From contig CAZTCI010000003.1 of assembly GCA_964612665.1 (NCBI GenBank), positions 336,273 to 400,272 on the forward strand: DNA of 64,000 bases, given 5' to 3'. Below the pieces are notes generated by a model that ran no database searches, had not been told where the DNA came from, and saw nothing but the letters and a program-made list of their open reading frames with translations. Positions within the stretch are counted from its first letter, which is position 1; each line of letters starts with the position of its first letter. Positions 1 to 9,899 of the stretch are shown here, one piece after another. This DNA comes from an uncultured Planctomycetales bacterium. Its GTDB lineage: Bacteria; Omnitrophota; Gorgyraeia; Zapsychrales; JAHFFX01. The translations under genes and the position numbers were made by a program.

Positions 1-22
1 TGACGAGAAGCCTGTTATGAAA

Positions 23-538
23 CTAAGACTCTTTAGCTTCCGGAAATTTACCCTGCGCGATGTCTTCTAAGACTTTTTTAAGTTTGATTTTTTTAAGTCC
101 CAAAACATAATCCACAATTAACTTACCGTTAAGATGGTCCGTTTCATGAAGAATAACCCGCGCCAGCATGTCGGTGTATTCCTTTTCGACCCTGCGGTTA
201 TTTTCATCTAAATAACGAACGAGAATTTTAAGCGGGCGTTTGACATTGACTAAAACGCCAGGAATACTCAAGCAGCCTTCTTCCTTCGTCGCGTTTCCGT
301 TTTTTTTAATAATCTCAGGATTAATAACCGCAATCGCGCCTTGTCCGTTATCAATATCAGCGATGAGAATTTGTTCGCTCACACCAATCTGCGGCGCCGC
401 CAGACCAATTCCTTTAGCGTTACGCATCGTTTCAATCATTGAAGAAATGAGCATACGCTCAACCGGGCCGACGCTTTTAACAGGTTTGGCTTTTTCACGT
501 AAAATAGGGTCTCCATATATGCGGATCTTTAAATTCAT
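23..538 (-). CDS. def: peptide deformylase
   Basis: 171-aa ORF with the diagnostic motifs GIGLAAPQIG, EGCLS and HETDHL (HEXXH metal site). Confidence 0.9.
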   Translation of the reverse strand: MNLKIRIYGDPILREKAKPVKSVGPVERMLISSMIETMRNAKGIGLAAPQIGVSEQILIADIDNGQGAIAVINPEIIKKNGNATKEEGCLSIPGVLVNVKRPLKILVRYLDENNRRVEKEYTDMLARVILHETDHLNGKLIVDYVLGLKKIKLKKVLEDIAQGKFPEAKES

Positions 539-580
539 TTCAAACTTTTTTGAGAAAACTAATGATGAGATGAGGAATAT

Positions 581-931
581 TTATTTTTTGATCTTATTAC
601 GTTCATCCAAATAAATGGTTTTGGTTTTAAGACGGCGGGCGGTTGTTTGTTCAACGAGGGCGTAACTTAGGATGATCAACTGATCGCCGACAAAACCGCA
701 GCGCGCGGCCGGACCGTTTAAACAAATCTGACCCGAGCCAGCTTTCCCGGCAATAACGTAAGTTTCAATGCGAAGTCCATTGTTGACGTTAAGCACTTCG
801 ACCTTTTCACCTGAAATAATATCAACGGCCTTTAAAAGATTTTCATCAATCGTAATGCTTCCTTCATAATAAAGCTGGGCCTGGGTGATGCGGGCGTGCG
901 CGATTTTGGATTTGCAAAAATGAATTAACAT
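581..931 (-). CDS. panD: aspartate 1-decarboxylase (pyruvoyl-dependent)
   Basis: 116 aa. The N-terminus MLIHFCKSKIAHARIT and the YEGSITID Gly-Ser self-cleavage site are typical of PanD. Confidence 0.88.
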   Translation of the reverse strand: MLIHFCKSKIAHARITQAQLYYEGSITIDENLLKAVDIISGEKVEVLNVNNGLRIETYVIAGKAGSGQICLNGPAARCGFVGDQLIILSYALVEQTTARRLKTKTIYLDERNKIKK

Positions 932-933
932 TA

Positions 934-1455
934 TTAGTCAACACTCCTCAAAATGGTTTCGGCGAATTCTTCGGCGGCGTCTGGACCGCTCGCAGTAATG
1001 ATTTTTCCGTCGGCAACAACGGCGGCGGATTGAACCTGAGCGCCATTCGCCTTAAGCTGATTGATTTCAGACGCCCAGACAGTCGCTTTTTTTCCATTTA
1101 ATAACCCCGCATTCGCCAAAGTGACCGGCGCGATACAAATAGCAGCGAGATTTTTACCTGATTCCAATGTTGTGCGGGCGATTGAATGCGCCAAAGGATT
1201 GTCCCAATATTCCTGAGCACCATAACCGCCGACGAAAATGGTGACGTCATAATTTTGAGGATTGATATCTTTGATTAAAACTTGAGGAGTGATGGTGGCG
1301 CCCAGCATGCCGGTTGCGGGTTTTAGGGAGGACGAAGCAATCGTAACCTGACAGCCGTTTTTTTCGAAATAGTCTTTGGGCACCAATAATTCTTCATCAC
1401 GAAACTGCTGGCTCGCGATGATCATGAGGATTTTCTTTTTCATAATCTTTCCCAT
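934..1455 (-). CDS. DJ-1/PfpI family protein
   Basis: Class-I glutamine-amidotransferase-like fold with the nucleophile-elbow Cys in AAICIAP. The second Met (ATG at 1443-1441) forms an ATGA overlap with the hicA stop, so the true start is probably 1443. Confidence 0.8.
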   Translation of the reverse strand: MGKIMKKKILMIIASQQFRDEELLVPKDYFEKNGCQVTIASSSLKPATGMLGATITPQVLIKDINPQNYDVTIFVGGYGAQEYWDNPLAHSIARTTLESGKNLAAICIAPVTLANAGLLNGKKATVWASEINQLKANGAQVQSAAVVADGKIITASGPDAAEEFAETILRSVD

Positions 1456-1659
1456 TGTTCTTTATTTATTTGGGCTTGTCTTAAAATACGAGAAAGTAAA
1501 TCCTTACCAATATCTCCCTCATGCGGGTTAGGAATGCGTAAAATTAAATCACCCTTTTTTCATAAATTGATGTTTACCGCCTGCATAAGGGCCATCAAAA
1601 CCCAATAACTTTAAATATCCAACCAATTCTCTTCTTTTGATTGGACCAAAACGAGGCAT
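1440..1659 (-). pseudogene. hicA: HicA (YcfA family) mRNA-interferase toxin, interrupted by a frameshift
   Basis: ATG at 1659-1657 overlaps the hicB stop (TAATG). The first frame reads MPRFGPIKRRELVGYLKLLGFDGPYAGGKHQFMKKG and then hits a stop. Deleting one base from the T6 run (plus 1555-1560) restores ...KKGDLILRIPNPHEGDIGKDLLSRILRQAQINKEQWERL, giving a full 72-aa HicA. Both segments were too short to appear in the ORF track. Confidence 0.7.
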
Positions 1660-1901
1660 TAAGCAACTTCCTTAACGTGTAATTTAATACCTTTTATAGA
1701 AGGAATTTCTAAATTCTTAGAAATTCGAAAAAGCAACCACTCCTCTAGGACCTCTTCTAATGTCTCTCTACAGGCTTCTAATGTTTTACCCGTCGCATAA
1801 ACACCTTTGCATGGGGGAATTTCTCCATAAAACTTTCCATCATTTTTTAAAAATTCGTAGTGGGCTTGATGCATAGCTGCTGCCAAATATTTTATTAACA
1901 T
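1659..1901 (-). CDS. hicB: HicB-like antitoxin (UPF0150 family)
   Basis: 80 aa with a YGEIPPCKGVYATGKTLEACRETLEEVLEEWL HicB/RNase-H-like fold signature. It is translationally coupled to hicA. Confidence 0.7.
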   Translation of the reverse strand: MLIKYLAAAMHQAHYEFLKNDGKFYGEIPPCKGVYATGKTLEACRETLEEVLEEWLLFRISKNLEIPSIKGIKLHVKEVA

Positions 1902-1920
1902 TTCTTAGCCTCATTTAAGT

Positions 1921-2244
1921 TCATAAAATAGGCTTTAACTTTGCTAACAGCTGGTCTTTAGACATCGCTCCAACCATTTGATTAACCACTTGGCCGTTTT
2001 TAAAAACTAAAAGCGTTGGGATTGATAAAACGTTATATTGCGCGGCCAATTCCCCTGCTTCATCGATATTGACCTTGCCAACTTTGAGTTTTCCATCTAA
2101 ATCTTTAGCCAAATCATCAATGACCGGCGCAATCATACGGCAAGGACCGCACCATTCGGCCCAAAAATCAACTAAAACAGGCAATTTAGACTCGTTAAGG
2201 ACTTCGGAATTGAAATTTTTTGTATCTAAGTGAAGTACAGGCAT
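1921..2244 (-). CDS. trxA: thioredoxin
   Basis: 107 aa with the WCGPC active site. Confidence 0.9.
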   Translation of the reverse strand: MPVLHLDTKNFNSEVLNESKLPVLVDFWAEWCGPCRMIAPVIDDLAKDLDGKLKVGKVNIDEAGELAAQYNVLSIPTLLVFKNGQVVNQMVGAMSKDQLLAKLKPIL

Positions 2245-2440
2245 GTTTGAGTCACTCCTTTATTTAAAATTCCATTTCTATAGCAAATTCAAATGGTTTT
2301 ATCTTTATATTTTCCAATTTCTCCAAGAAACTCTTATAAGGGAAGCCATTATATATAGAATAGCTTATCCTGGCAATATATTTTACCTTGTATAAATACT
2401 ATTATAAGGAAAAATACTTTGGAATGGTAAGAATATGCGG

Positions 2441-2995
2441 TTATTTGGTTTGCTCAATAAATTTAAGCGCCGCGGAATTCATGCAAAACCGCTTATGGGT
2501 TGGGGGTGGGCCGTCATCAAAGACGTGTCCCAGATGGGCACCGCAGCGGCGACATAAAACTTCCGTGCGTTCTTGAAACATAAGACTGCGGTCGGATTTA
2601 AGTTCAATATTACTATCGGCAACCGGCTGCCAAAAGCTGGGCCAGCCTGTGCCCGATTCAAATTTAGTATCTGAAAGAAAAAGATCCGTCCCGCAGTCAA
2701 TGCATTTATAAACACCTTTGCGGTGGTTGTTCCAGTATTCTCCGGTAAAAGCGCGTTCGGTGCCTTTTTGGCGGGTGACTTCAAATTGTTGGGGCGTTAA
2801 AATTTTTTTCCATTCGGCGTCGGTCTTTGAAACTTTAGGCACTTCTTCCAACGTTTGGCCAGTCACATTAAAAATTTTGACTTTCCCGGATGATTGATTG
2901 GATGGATTTTGTCCCATATCAGTTGCCATGGCTAAACCCGGCGATAAAACAAAAATAATGGTTAATAAATTTTTAAACATTTTATGCTCCTTCAT
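2441..2995 (-). CDS. msrB: peptide-methionine (R)-S-oxide reductase MsrB, secreted
   Basis: N-terminal signal peptide, two CxxC zinc motifs and the catalytic [10 protein letters not shown] motif. Confidence 0.85.
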   Translation of the reverse strand: MKEHKMFKNLLTIIFVLSPGLAMATDMGQNPSNQSSGKVKIFNVTGQTLEEVPKVSKTDAEWKKILTPQQFEVTRQKGTERAFTGEYWNNHRKGVYKCIDCGTDLFLSDTKFESGTGWPSFWQPVADSNIELKSDRSLMFQERTEVLCRRCGAHLGHVFDDGPPPTHKRFCMNSAALKFIEQTK

Positions 2996-3010
2996 TAAGT
3001 CAGCACAGAA

Positions 3011-4183
3011 TCAAATCTGTGCGATATACCGGCACAATTGTCCGGCTAGAATACCGAAATACGTTCCTAGAATATTGCCTAAGATAGCCAGCAGCAATCC
3101 GACAGACGCCAAACCCGGCTGATAAATCTCGGCGACAACGGGCGTTGAAGCAACGCCGCCGATATTCGCTTGACTGGCGACCGCCGCCAAGAAAAGCGGC
3201 GCGCGGATGATTCTGGCTGTCATCAAAATAATGACCGCATGAATAACAACGAGCAAAATTCCCGCGGCGATTAAAACAAGCGTTGAACCAATATTCGCCA
3301 ACGAAGCCTTGGCCCCGATTGATGTTAGAACAAAATACAAAATAAAGTAACCAATTTTGGGCGCTCCCCATTTTTCAACCGCACGCACCGGCGTAAATGA
3401 CAACGCAATCCCTAAAAGCGAAACAACAATGATTGTCCAGGCATAACCGGAAATCATATCTTTAATTGACGGCAAAAACCGTGCCGCCATCAATGAAAAC
3501 AAACTGCCGAAAGAGGCCAATCCCAAAATCCAAATTATTTTATCATACTGGATTGAATTTTTCTTAATTGTCGTCGTGCTGTTGGCTTTGGTACTTAAAT
3601 TATCCAAAACCCGCCGGTCGGATTTATTCCAATGGTCAAACCATTGTTGTCTGCCAGCGGCGGCCACCAAAATGCCCATCCATAGATATGGGACAATCGT
3701 ATCAACAATCACCATCGGCAAGAAAACCGAATCCGGTGTGCCCAACGCTTCTTTAACTGCGATCATGTTGGCACTTCCGCCCGTCCACGAACCGGCCAGC
3801 GCGCCGAATCCCGATGCTGTTGCAACACCGATGTTTGATTTAAATAATCCAAAAACAACCGGCGCGCCGAACACAATTCCAAAACTTCCGGCAAAAAACA
3901 TAATGAGAGCTGCTTTTCCTAATCCCAAAATGGATTTGATATCCACACAAATCAAAAGTAAAAAAAGACTCGCCGGTAAAAAATATGTCGTTATCGTTTG
4001 ATAAACAGGATTTTTAGAATCCAAAAGCCCGGTGCTCGAAGCCAGCATCGGCAAAAAATAAATCCAAAATACCGACGGCAAAAAATTAAAGTACCGTTGA
4101 AAATGTTTATGATTGGCTAAATAGAGAATAAAAGTTTCGATAACGAGAAGGAAAATAATAATGCCGTACGGGTTATGGATCAT
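3011..4183 (-). CDS. polytopic inner-membrane protein (DUF819/YjcL-like)
   Basis: 390 aa with about 10-12 predicted TM helices. A 4-nt ATGA overlap couples it to the upstream ORF. Confidence 0.5.
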   Translation of the reverse strand: MIHNPYGIIIFLLVIETFILYLANHKHFQRYFNFLPSVFWIYFLPMLASSTGLLDSKNPVYQTITTYFLPASLFLLLICVDIKSILGLGKAALIMFFAGSFGIVFGAPVVFGLFKSNIGVATASGFGALAGSWTGGSANMIAVKEALGTPDSVFLPMVIVDTIVPYLWMGILVAAAGRQQWFDHWNKSDRRVLDNLSTKANSTTTIKKNSIQYDKIIWILGLASFGSLFSLMAARFLPSIKDMISGYAWTIIVVSLLGIALSFTPVRAVEKWGAPKIGYFILYFVLTSIGAKASLANIGSTLVLIAAGILLVVIHAVIILMTARIIRAPLFLAAVASQANIGGVASTPVVAEIYQPGLASVGLLLAILGNILGTYFGILAGQLCRYIAQI

Positions 4184-4902
4184 ACCATTGTTCCTGACAT
4201 AAGTTCGCGGACACCATTTTTATCTTGAATATAAACTTCCGGTAAAAACTCGATGGTCTCTTGGGCTTTTTCATCCATAAGTTTTTTCAAAAAGTCTTGC
4301 TGCTTTTGATTGGATGGATCGAAAAGCGGCTGCGTGCTTAAATCAGTAATTAAAATGATTAAAGGATCATTGGGAATCTGGGCGATCTTAAATAAACGTT
4401 TAACCGGCACATACAAAAAGCTCGGTTCATCCTTAAAAATATCGACGGAAGTCTTTAGCGTAATTTTTCCCCAGGACTCGACGACCATTTTTTGTAAAAG
4501 TCCGTACGCGGAAGAATAGCGAACGAGCCGCTGTTCGCCGGGCTGGATTTTGCGCGAGGCATTCGCGATCAACAAACTGAATTCAGTGTAATTGAATGTA
4601 TTGATTTCTTTGTGGATATCGAAGGTTAACAGATCGAAGCTGTAAATGCCTTGCATGCGGGCCGCCCCTTCAATGACACAACGATTAAGAAGATCCTCGC
4701 AGGCGGCCCAGAGGATATCTTCTTCTTTACGGATGATTGTGAGCGCCAAAAGCATGCATGATTGTTCTTCGCGGACCGCTTTATACCGCTGAATTTTTCC
4801 GTCGGGATGGCCTTGATAATAAATCGCATCAAAAATCGGCAAACGATTAAAAAGATTGGAATGCTGAAACTGAGCGTCGATTAAATTAATAGGTTGATTC
4901 AT
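4180..4902 (-). CDS. hypothetical protein
   Basis: 240-aa ORF with coding-like composition, translationally coupled to the membrane protein. No recognisable motif. Confidence 0.45.
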   Translation of the reverse strand: MNQPINLIDAQFQHSNLFNRLPIFDAIYYQGHPDGKIQRYKAVREEQSCMLLALTIIRKEEDILWAACEDLLNRCVIEGAARMQGIYSFDLLTFDIHKEINTFNYTEFSLLIANASRKIQPGEQRLVRYSSAYGLLQKMVVESWGKITLKTSVDIFKDEPSFLYVPVKRLFKIAQIPNDPLIILITDLSTQPLFDPSNQKQQDFLKKLMDEKAQETIEFLPEVYIQDKNGVRELMSGTMV

Positions 4903-5072
4903 CTCTTAAATTCAGTAAATTCAGGACCGTTTCTTTGTATATCTTTTTATAATAAAAGGTTATGGAGGAACGGGTCCACTTTTTCCAAAAAAATTAAAAA
5001 TTCCTTTCCCTAACAAAATCTAAAAGTACTTACTGGTGCCATTTCCTACATAATTACTTAATTCACTTTGAG

Positions 5073-6167
5073 TTATGCGGAAACGGTCCTATTTCTGCTT
5101 AAAAGAATTCCAATACCTGATATAACACGTTTCAAATTATAAACCCCATTCGAACTAAGATAACGATTTTTATCAAAACCTTTTTGTATGAAAAACGGCG
5201 TGTCCAAATCAATGAAATCAAAACCGCCCAACCCGGCGGCCAGATGGGCTGGACAGGTCATCGAAAGCGAACTTTCCATCATGCCGCCTATCATTAGTTT
5301 AATACCGTTTGCCCGCGCCAGCAACGCGATCTCCCGGCTGTGGAAAAGACCCGTCTTCATTAATTTAATATTGATCACTTGAACGGCCTTTTCTCGAATA
5401 GCCTTAACAGCGTCGGACAATGACGAAACGCTTTCATCCGCGCAAACTGGAATTCCGGCCAGACGGCTCACTTTTTTTAATCCTTCCCAATCGTTTTTGG
5501 GAACGGGTTGTTCAACGAGGGCCGGCCGCAGGCCGGCCCGGGCTATTTTTCGCAGAAACCTGAGCGTCTGCTCGGCGGAAAATCCCTGATTGGCATCCAG
5601 AATCATCGGCGAATTATGTGTCAGTTGTTTAACGGCCATCACTCGTTTAAAATCCAAATCCTCATCGCGCCCGATTTTAACTTTAAATGTCCGGAATCCC
5701 TGTTTATAAAACCGCTTCACGGTTTCTTGCGTTTCAATCAGATCACCGATAACAATTGTGATATCCGAAACCAATTTTTGCGGATGGTTTCCAAAAAATT
5801 GCCACAACGGAATCTTCCATTGTTTGGTCAAAGCATCCATGAGACTCATTTCAATCGCGGCGACGGCGGCTTTATTTTTAGGAAGCACTTCATGCAGCAT
5901 CCCGGAAATCTTCAAATAATCAGCGCCATCGTTGCCCACTAACAATTTGCCTAACTTCTCCAAATTCTTCCGCGTACGTTCAATCGTTTCGCCCGTAATG
6001 TGCGTCGCTACCGCCGCTTCACCAAAACCTTTTGTTCCATCGGCCAGTTCGAGACCAAACAAAATATTTTCAAGACTGTTATGCTGCCCGACGGCAACGC
6101 GAAACGGCTGGTTAAGCGGCGCGCGCAGCATGGAAAGCTTAATTGTCTTTATTATCGTCTTAACCAC
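5073..6167 (-). CDS. enolase-superfamily dipeptide epimerase (L-Ala-D/L-Glu epimerase, YkfB-like)
   Basis: MR/MLE family signature: N-terminal capping domain, then the KVKIG, DANQGF and D/E metal-ligand pattern. Confidence 0.75.
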   Translation of the reverse strand: MVKTIIKTIKLSMLRAPLNQPFRVAVGQHNSLENILFGLELADGTKGFGEAAVATHITGETIERTRKNLEKLGKLLVGNDGADYLKISGMLHEVLPKNKAAVAAIEMSLMDALTKQWKIPLWQFFGNHPQKLVSDITIVIGDLIETQETVKRFYKQGFRTFKVKIGRDEDLDFKRVMAVKQLTHNSPMILDANQGFSAEQTLRFLRKIARAGLRPALVEQPVPKNDWEGLKKVSRLAGIPVCADESVSSLSDAVKAIREKAVQVINIKLMKTGLFHSREIALLARANGIKLMIGGMMESSLSMTCPAHLAAGLGGFDFIDLDTPFFIQKGFDKNRYLSSNGVYNLKRVISGIGILLSRNRTVSA

Positions 6168-6230
6168 AAACCACTTCTATCCCAGATTAAATCATCCTCC
6201 CCAACCCCGGGGAGTGGAGAGGGATTCTCA

Positions 6231-7616
6231 TCATTGAGAAATTTTTGTCAGGCTGATTAATCTTTTTAAAAGGGAATTCTTATGTGAGCCTTCGCCTAAT
6301 GAAAGATCTGAAACAACAACGCGGTTTAAAAGCCGGACGCGGTCATGGAACCAAATTCTCTCGCGGTAGCCCCACGTCGCGTGGATCGCGTAAGCGCGGT
6401 TATCGATTGTTCCCAGGTACAACATGATGTGTCCTTTAAGCGGCAGCAAGGTAATGCCGCCGATCGCTTGATTCTTGAGCGCATTTAGTTTTTGTCCGTC
6501 GGTTGTTTTGTCATTAAATTTCGCCAGCTGGTTTCCGGCTTGAGCTTGAGCGGAAGAATTCCGCGGGAGATAAATACCCACCGTCGCAAATATCTCATCT
6601 AAAAACGCCGAACAATCCTGCTCGCCATACATGCCGCCCCAGCCGTAAGGCGCGTTTAATAATTTAAAAGCCTGTTCAATGATCGTACGCGGCGTATAGG
6701 TAAGATAACCTTGATGGACATCATCAGCCTTAATGAAACTTTTTTTCAAACTTAACGTCCCGTCGGTATTTCGGGTGGGAATAGTAATTCGATAAATTTT
6801 TTCGGTCGTAGTTTTTAATTCTTCAGAATTCTCAAGCGGGAATCGCGAACCCATACGCGCGTAATCATCATAATCAATCAAACTGTCATTCCAAAAAAGA
6901 TCGGCTTTCGCTGCGGTCACAATGACAAATGAATTCTGTACATAATCTTTAACGGTTTTTAAATCGCCTACAGCCACGTCATTCTTTTTAATCCAGCCTG
7001 AACTTAATGACGAAATCACATACACCCATTGTCCGTCACGGCTTTCGTGCAAGACAGCGACCGGTGTTCCTACATCAAGCGAACTGTTTTGTAATTCATC
7101 AAAGTCAATATCACCGGCCAGTGCGTATAAACCACTTTCCAGCGGATAAAAACGCTGGTCAGTGTAATGCACAATTAAACCGTATTGCACGGGGACTTGT
7201 GATGGAATAGATTCAAAACTCATTCGCCGGCGGATATCTTCAAAAAATAAATCCTTGGCGTGTCTTCCGGAAGAAACATAAAAATCTTTGGATTTTAATT
7301 CAGACAGGGAACTATCCAGCGTCTTTTTTAAATTTGAGCCGGAGTATGTGATGGGTAAAGAAAAAATATCTTCAGTTAGCTTAAGTTGATTTTGGATTTT
7401 GAGGTTTAAAGTTGCGATGGCGGGTGGATCAAGGACAACTTGGTCAGGAACCGGATGACGGCTGATCCAAAACCCCGGAGACTTCATATGAAATTCCGTC
7501 GGAGCAGCTCCTGTCGGGGCCGCAAAATAAATTTTCTCTTGAACCGTACAGCCGGTTATCAGAATGATCATAACCGCTAAGCATGCAATGCGATTGGACA
7601 AATGATTCATACGCAC
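6231..7616 (-). CDS. NlpC/P60 (C40) cell-wall peptidase lipoprotein with SH3b-like domains (YkfC-like gamma-D-Glu-diamino acid endopeptidase)
   Basis: Lipobox ITGC. The C-terminus has YGWGGMYGEQDCSAFLDEIFATVG with the catalytic Cys. It sits adjacent to the epimerase, as in ykfBC. Confidence 0.7.
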   Translation of the reverse strand: MRMNHLSNRIACLAVMIILITGCTVQEKIYFAAPTGAAPTEFHMKSPGFWISRHPVPDQVVLDPPAIATLNLKIQNQLKLTEDIFSLPITYSGSNLKKTLDSSLSELKSKDFYVSSGRHAKDLFFEDIRRRMSFESIPSQVPVQYGLIVHYTDQRFYPLESGLYALAGDIDFDELQNSSLDVGTPVAVLHESRDGQWVYVISSLSSGWIKKNDVAVGDLKTVKDYVQNSFVIVTAAKADLFWNDSLIDYDDYARMGSRFPLENSEELKTTTEKIYRITIPTRNTDGTLSLKKSFIKADDVHQGYLTYTPRTIIEQAFKLLNAPYGWGGMYGEQDCSAFLDEIFATVGIYLPRNSSAQAQAGNQLAKFNDKTTDGQKLNALKNQAIGGITLLPLKGHIMLYLGTIDNRAYAIHATWGYRERIWFHDRVRLLNRVVVSDLSLGEGSHKNSLLKRLISLTKISQ

Positions 7617-7617
7617 T

Positions 7618-9273
7618 TTATAATCCTTCCAAAGCCGATGGAACGGGAATCCCTTTTGCTCTCATTTGCTGGACGTAATAACGGGCCTGCGAAAAATTGT
7701 GCTCGGCAAAATAATAAAGCGCGAGATTTTGATTGGCCGTAATGTGGATTGGATTAAGCTCAATTGTCTTGAGCCACAAAATTTCGGCTTGATAATTTTG
7801 CCCTTGAGACATTTTTAAAACACCCCAATTATAGTAGGCGTTTGCCATCTCTGGGTATATGGCAATTTCTTTTTTATATTCTTCCTCGGAAGCCGTATAA
7901 AACCCTTTTTTCATATAAATAATGCCCAAATTTAAATGGGCCATCGGCTCTTCTGGATTTAATGCCAGGGCTTTTTTATATTCTTCTTCGGCGTGATCAA
8001 GATCATCTTTAAGAAAAAACATAGAACCTAAATTATTGTGAGCCAGTGACAGCTGTGGTGATGTTTTAACGGCGTTTTGCCAAAAAGTCCAACGGTCTTT
8101 ATAGGTGTCGCTATAATAGAAACTCGCAACAGCAAGAACAACAATTAAAAGAACAGCGACAGCGCTGATTGAACGCCGGGCCTTGGGCGGCGACGCTGCG
8201 TCACTCTCCGCCCAAGGCCCCCGTCGAATTTTTCCCAAATTAATCTCCATCAAAATCATCAAAGCCCCAATGATCGGGACATAAAAACGATATTCATAAA
8301 ACAACATTGTTGTGGCCATCGCCGGCAAAGAAAAAATGATATACCAAGCTAAGGCAAACAAAATGTAGCGCGTCCTTTTTTTAGAAAGAAAAAGCAGAAA
8401 CGTCACAAGTCCTAGAACAATCACAGCCTCAATCATTTTCATGTCCGGCTTTATGATCATTCCCGGCATGTTGAAAGGGAAAAAAACTTTAGCTAGAAAA
8501 AAGAACAATCCCTGGGCATTATATTTCAGATAAGGCCAAAAAGTTGATGATGCAATGTCGCTTGTAATAAATTTCTTACGAATAAACCACCAGCTAATAG
8601 CGATGATAAGCCAAGGCAAAGACAACAAAAGCAGGCGCAGCAGTCTTTCTCGTCGGATAAAATATAAATAGGTCAAACAGGCCGCCGGAAAAATAAGCGC
8701 GGTTTCTTTCGTCATCAGCGCCAGCAGCCAGCATAAATAATGGCCGATGAGAAACCAGCGCTTTCCTTGATTTTCAAATTTAAGCAAGAAAATAAATGAT
8801 AAGAAAATCGGCAAGGCCATCAGACTGTCGGTACGGCCCGGAATCCACACAACCGACTGCGCCAGCATGGGATGAACAGTAAAAATCGACGCTAATAAAA
8901 AACTCATTCTTCGATGATAACCGAATTCTTTAAATAAAATAAAAACCAAACACGCGTTGACTAAGTGAATCAAAAGATTGGTCAAATGATAAATCCACAG
9001 TCTCTCCTGCCCGCCGTACGTATTTAAAATAAATGAAAGCTTGATAAGAGGACGATAAAAATTCTTAGAGATTGGATCGGGGGAGGTAAAAAAATTAACA
9101 ATCTGGGGGAAGGTATGGGCTGGCCAGCGATAATCGTTGACCCAATAATTGTCGTCGAGATAAACTAACTCAAAGCCCAAGCTCTTGGCATAAACAAGAC
9201 ATCCAAGAATGATTAAACCGATAAGAATAATGAGCTGAGACGAAAAAAACGATGATTTTCTAGATAGTAGCAT
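7618..9273 (-). CDS. TMTC-like membrane protein (DUF1736 polytopic domain plus C-terminal TPR repeats), putative protein O-mannosyltransferase
   Basis: The N-terminal multi-TM region carries the YRPL...YHL.N.L.H..N..LVF motif. The C-terminus has TPR repeats (ALALNPEEPMAHLNLGIIYMKKG ...). Confidence 0.55.
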   Translation of the reverse strand: MLLSRKSSFFSSQLIILIGLIILGCLVYAKSLGFELVYLDDNYWVNDYRWPAHTFPQIVNFFTSPDPISKNFYRPLIKLSFILNTYGGQERLWIYHLTNLLIHLVNACLVFILFKEFGYHRRMSFLLASIFTVHPMLAQSVVWIPGRTDSLMALPIFLSFIFLLKFENQGKRWFLIGHYLCWLLALMTKETALIFPAACLTYLYFIRRERLLRLLLLSLPWLIIAISWWFIRKKFITSDIASSTFWPYLKYNAQGLFFFLAKVFFPFNMPGMIIKPDMKMIEAVIVLGLVTFLLFLSKKRTRYILFALAWYIIFSLPAMATTMLFYEYRFYVPIIGALMILMEINLGKIRRGPWAESDAASPPKARRSISAVAVLLIVVLAVASFYYSDTYKDRWTFWQNAVKTSPQLSLAHNNLGSMFFLKDDLDHAEEEYKKALALNPEEPMAHLNLGIIYMKKGFYTASEEEYKKEIAIYPEMANAYYNWGVLKMSQGQNYQAEILWLKTIELNPIHITANQNLALYYFAEHNFSQARYYVQQMRAKGIPVPSALEGL

Positions 9274-9358
9274 TTATGCAGACAATACTATAGGTAGCTA
9301 CCTTGCAATTTCTGTCACATTTAAAAAACGAATTCCACAAACGACGAGTAACGAACGA

Positions 9359-9859
9359 CTAAATATGACTTATATTTCCTCCCACATAAGCCACGGTCAC
9401 CATAAGCCACAACCCGGCAAGCGAAATAATTCCGTAGAGAAAACCTTCCACTCCTTTTAAATCTCTTGCTCTTGTCAATCGCCAGATAAACCGGAGCAAC
9501 GTTAAAATAACCAAAAATCCCGCCAGCCAAAAATGGACCGTCAGCGCCGCTTGAAAATGAAAAAGATGATCGAGCCGTGTTTTTAATCCCTGGCCAATAA
9601 AAGCAAACACATTTCCTCCATCGGGATTTAAGCCATTGTCATGCAAGCCGGACAAAACCACAAACCAAATTGACCAAAAGCTGATTTTCAAAGAAGTCAA
9701 AGCCTGCTGGTTAAAATTAGGTTTTTGGGTAACGATGTAAAGCCAAACTAAAATGGCCTCCAAGATAAGAAATACGATAGGAACATGCACCAAAATAGGA
9801 TGCCATTGCTGCGGCGGGTGGCTGAAGATTTGTAGGAATGGTTTTAAAAGTTCATTCAT
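9359..9859 (-). CDS. membrane protein, DUF2231-like
   Basis: 166 aa, 4-5 TM helices, with an HPILVHVPIVFL motif. Confidence 0.4.
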   Translation of the reverse strand: MNELLKPFLQIFSHPPQQWHPILVHVPIVFLILEAILVWLYIVTQKPNFNQQALTSLKISFWSIWFVVLSGLHDNGLNPDGGNVFAFIGQGLKTRLDHLFHFQAALTVHFWLAGFLVILTLLRFIWRLTRARDLKGVEGFLYGIISLAGLWLMVTVAYVGGNISHI

Positions 9860-9899
9860 AAACGGTTAATCGTACTCTCTACTCTCTCCTCGCTTCTCT

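Noticed and set aside
240-614. 124-aa plus-strand ORF antisense to def
   Set aside because: Fully overlaps a strongly supported conserved gene on the opposite strand, and has no motif.
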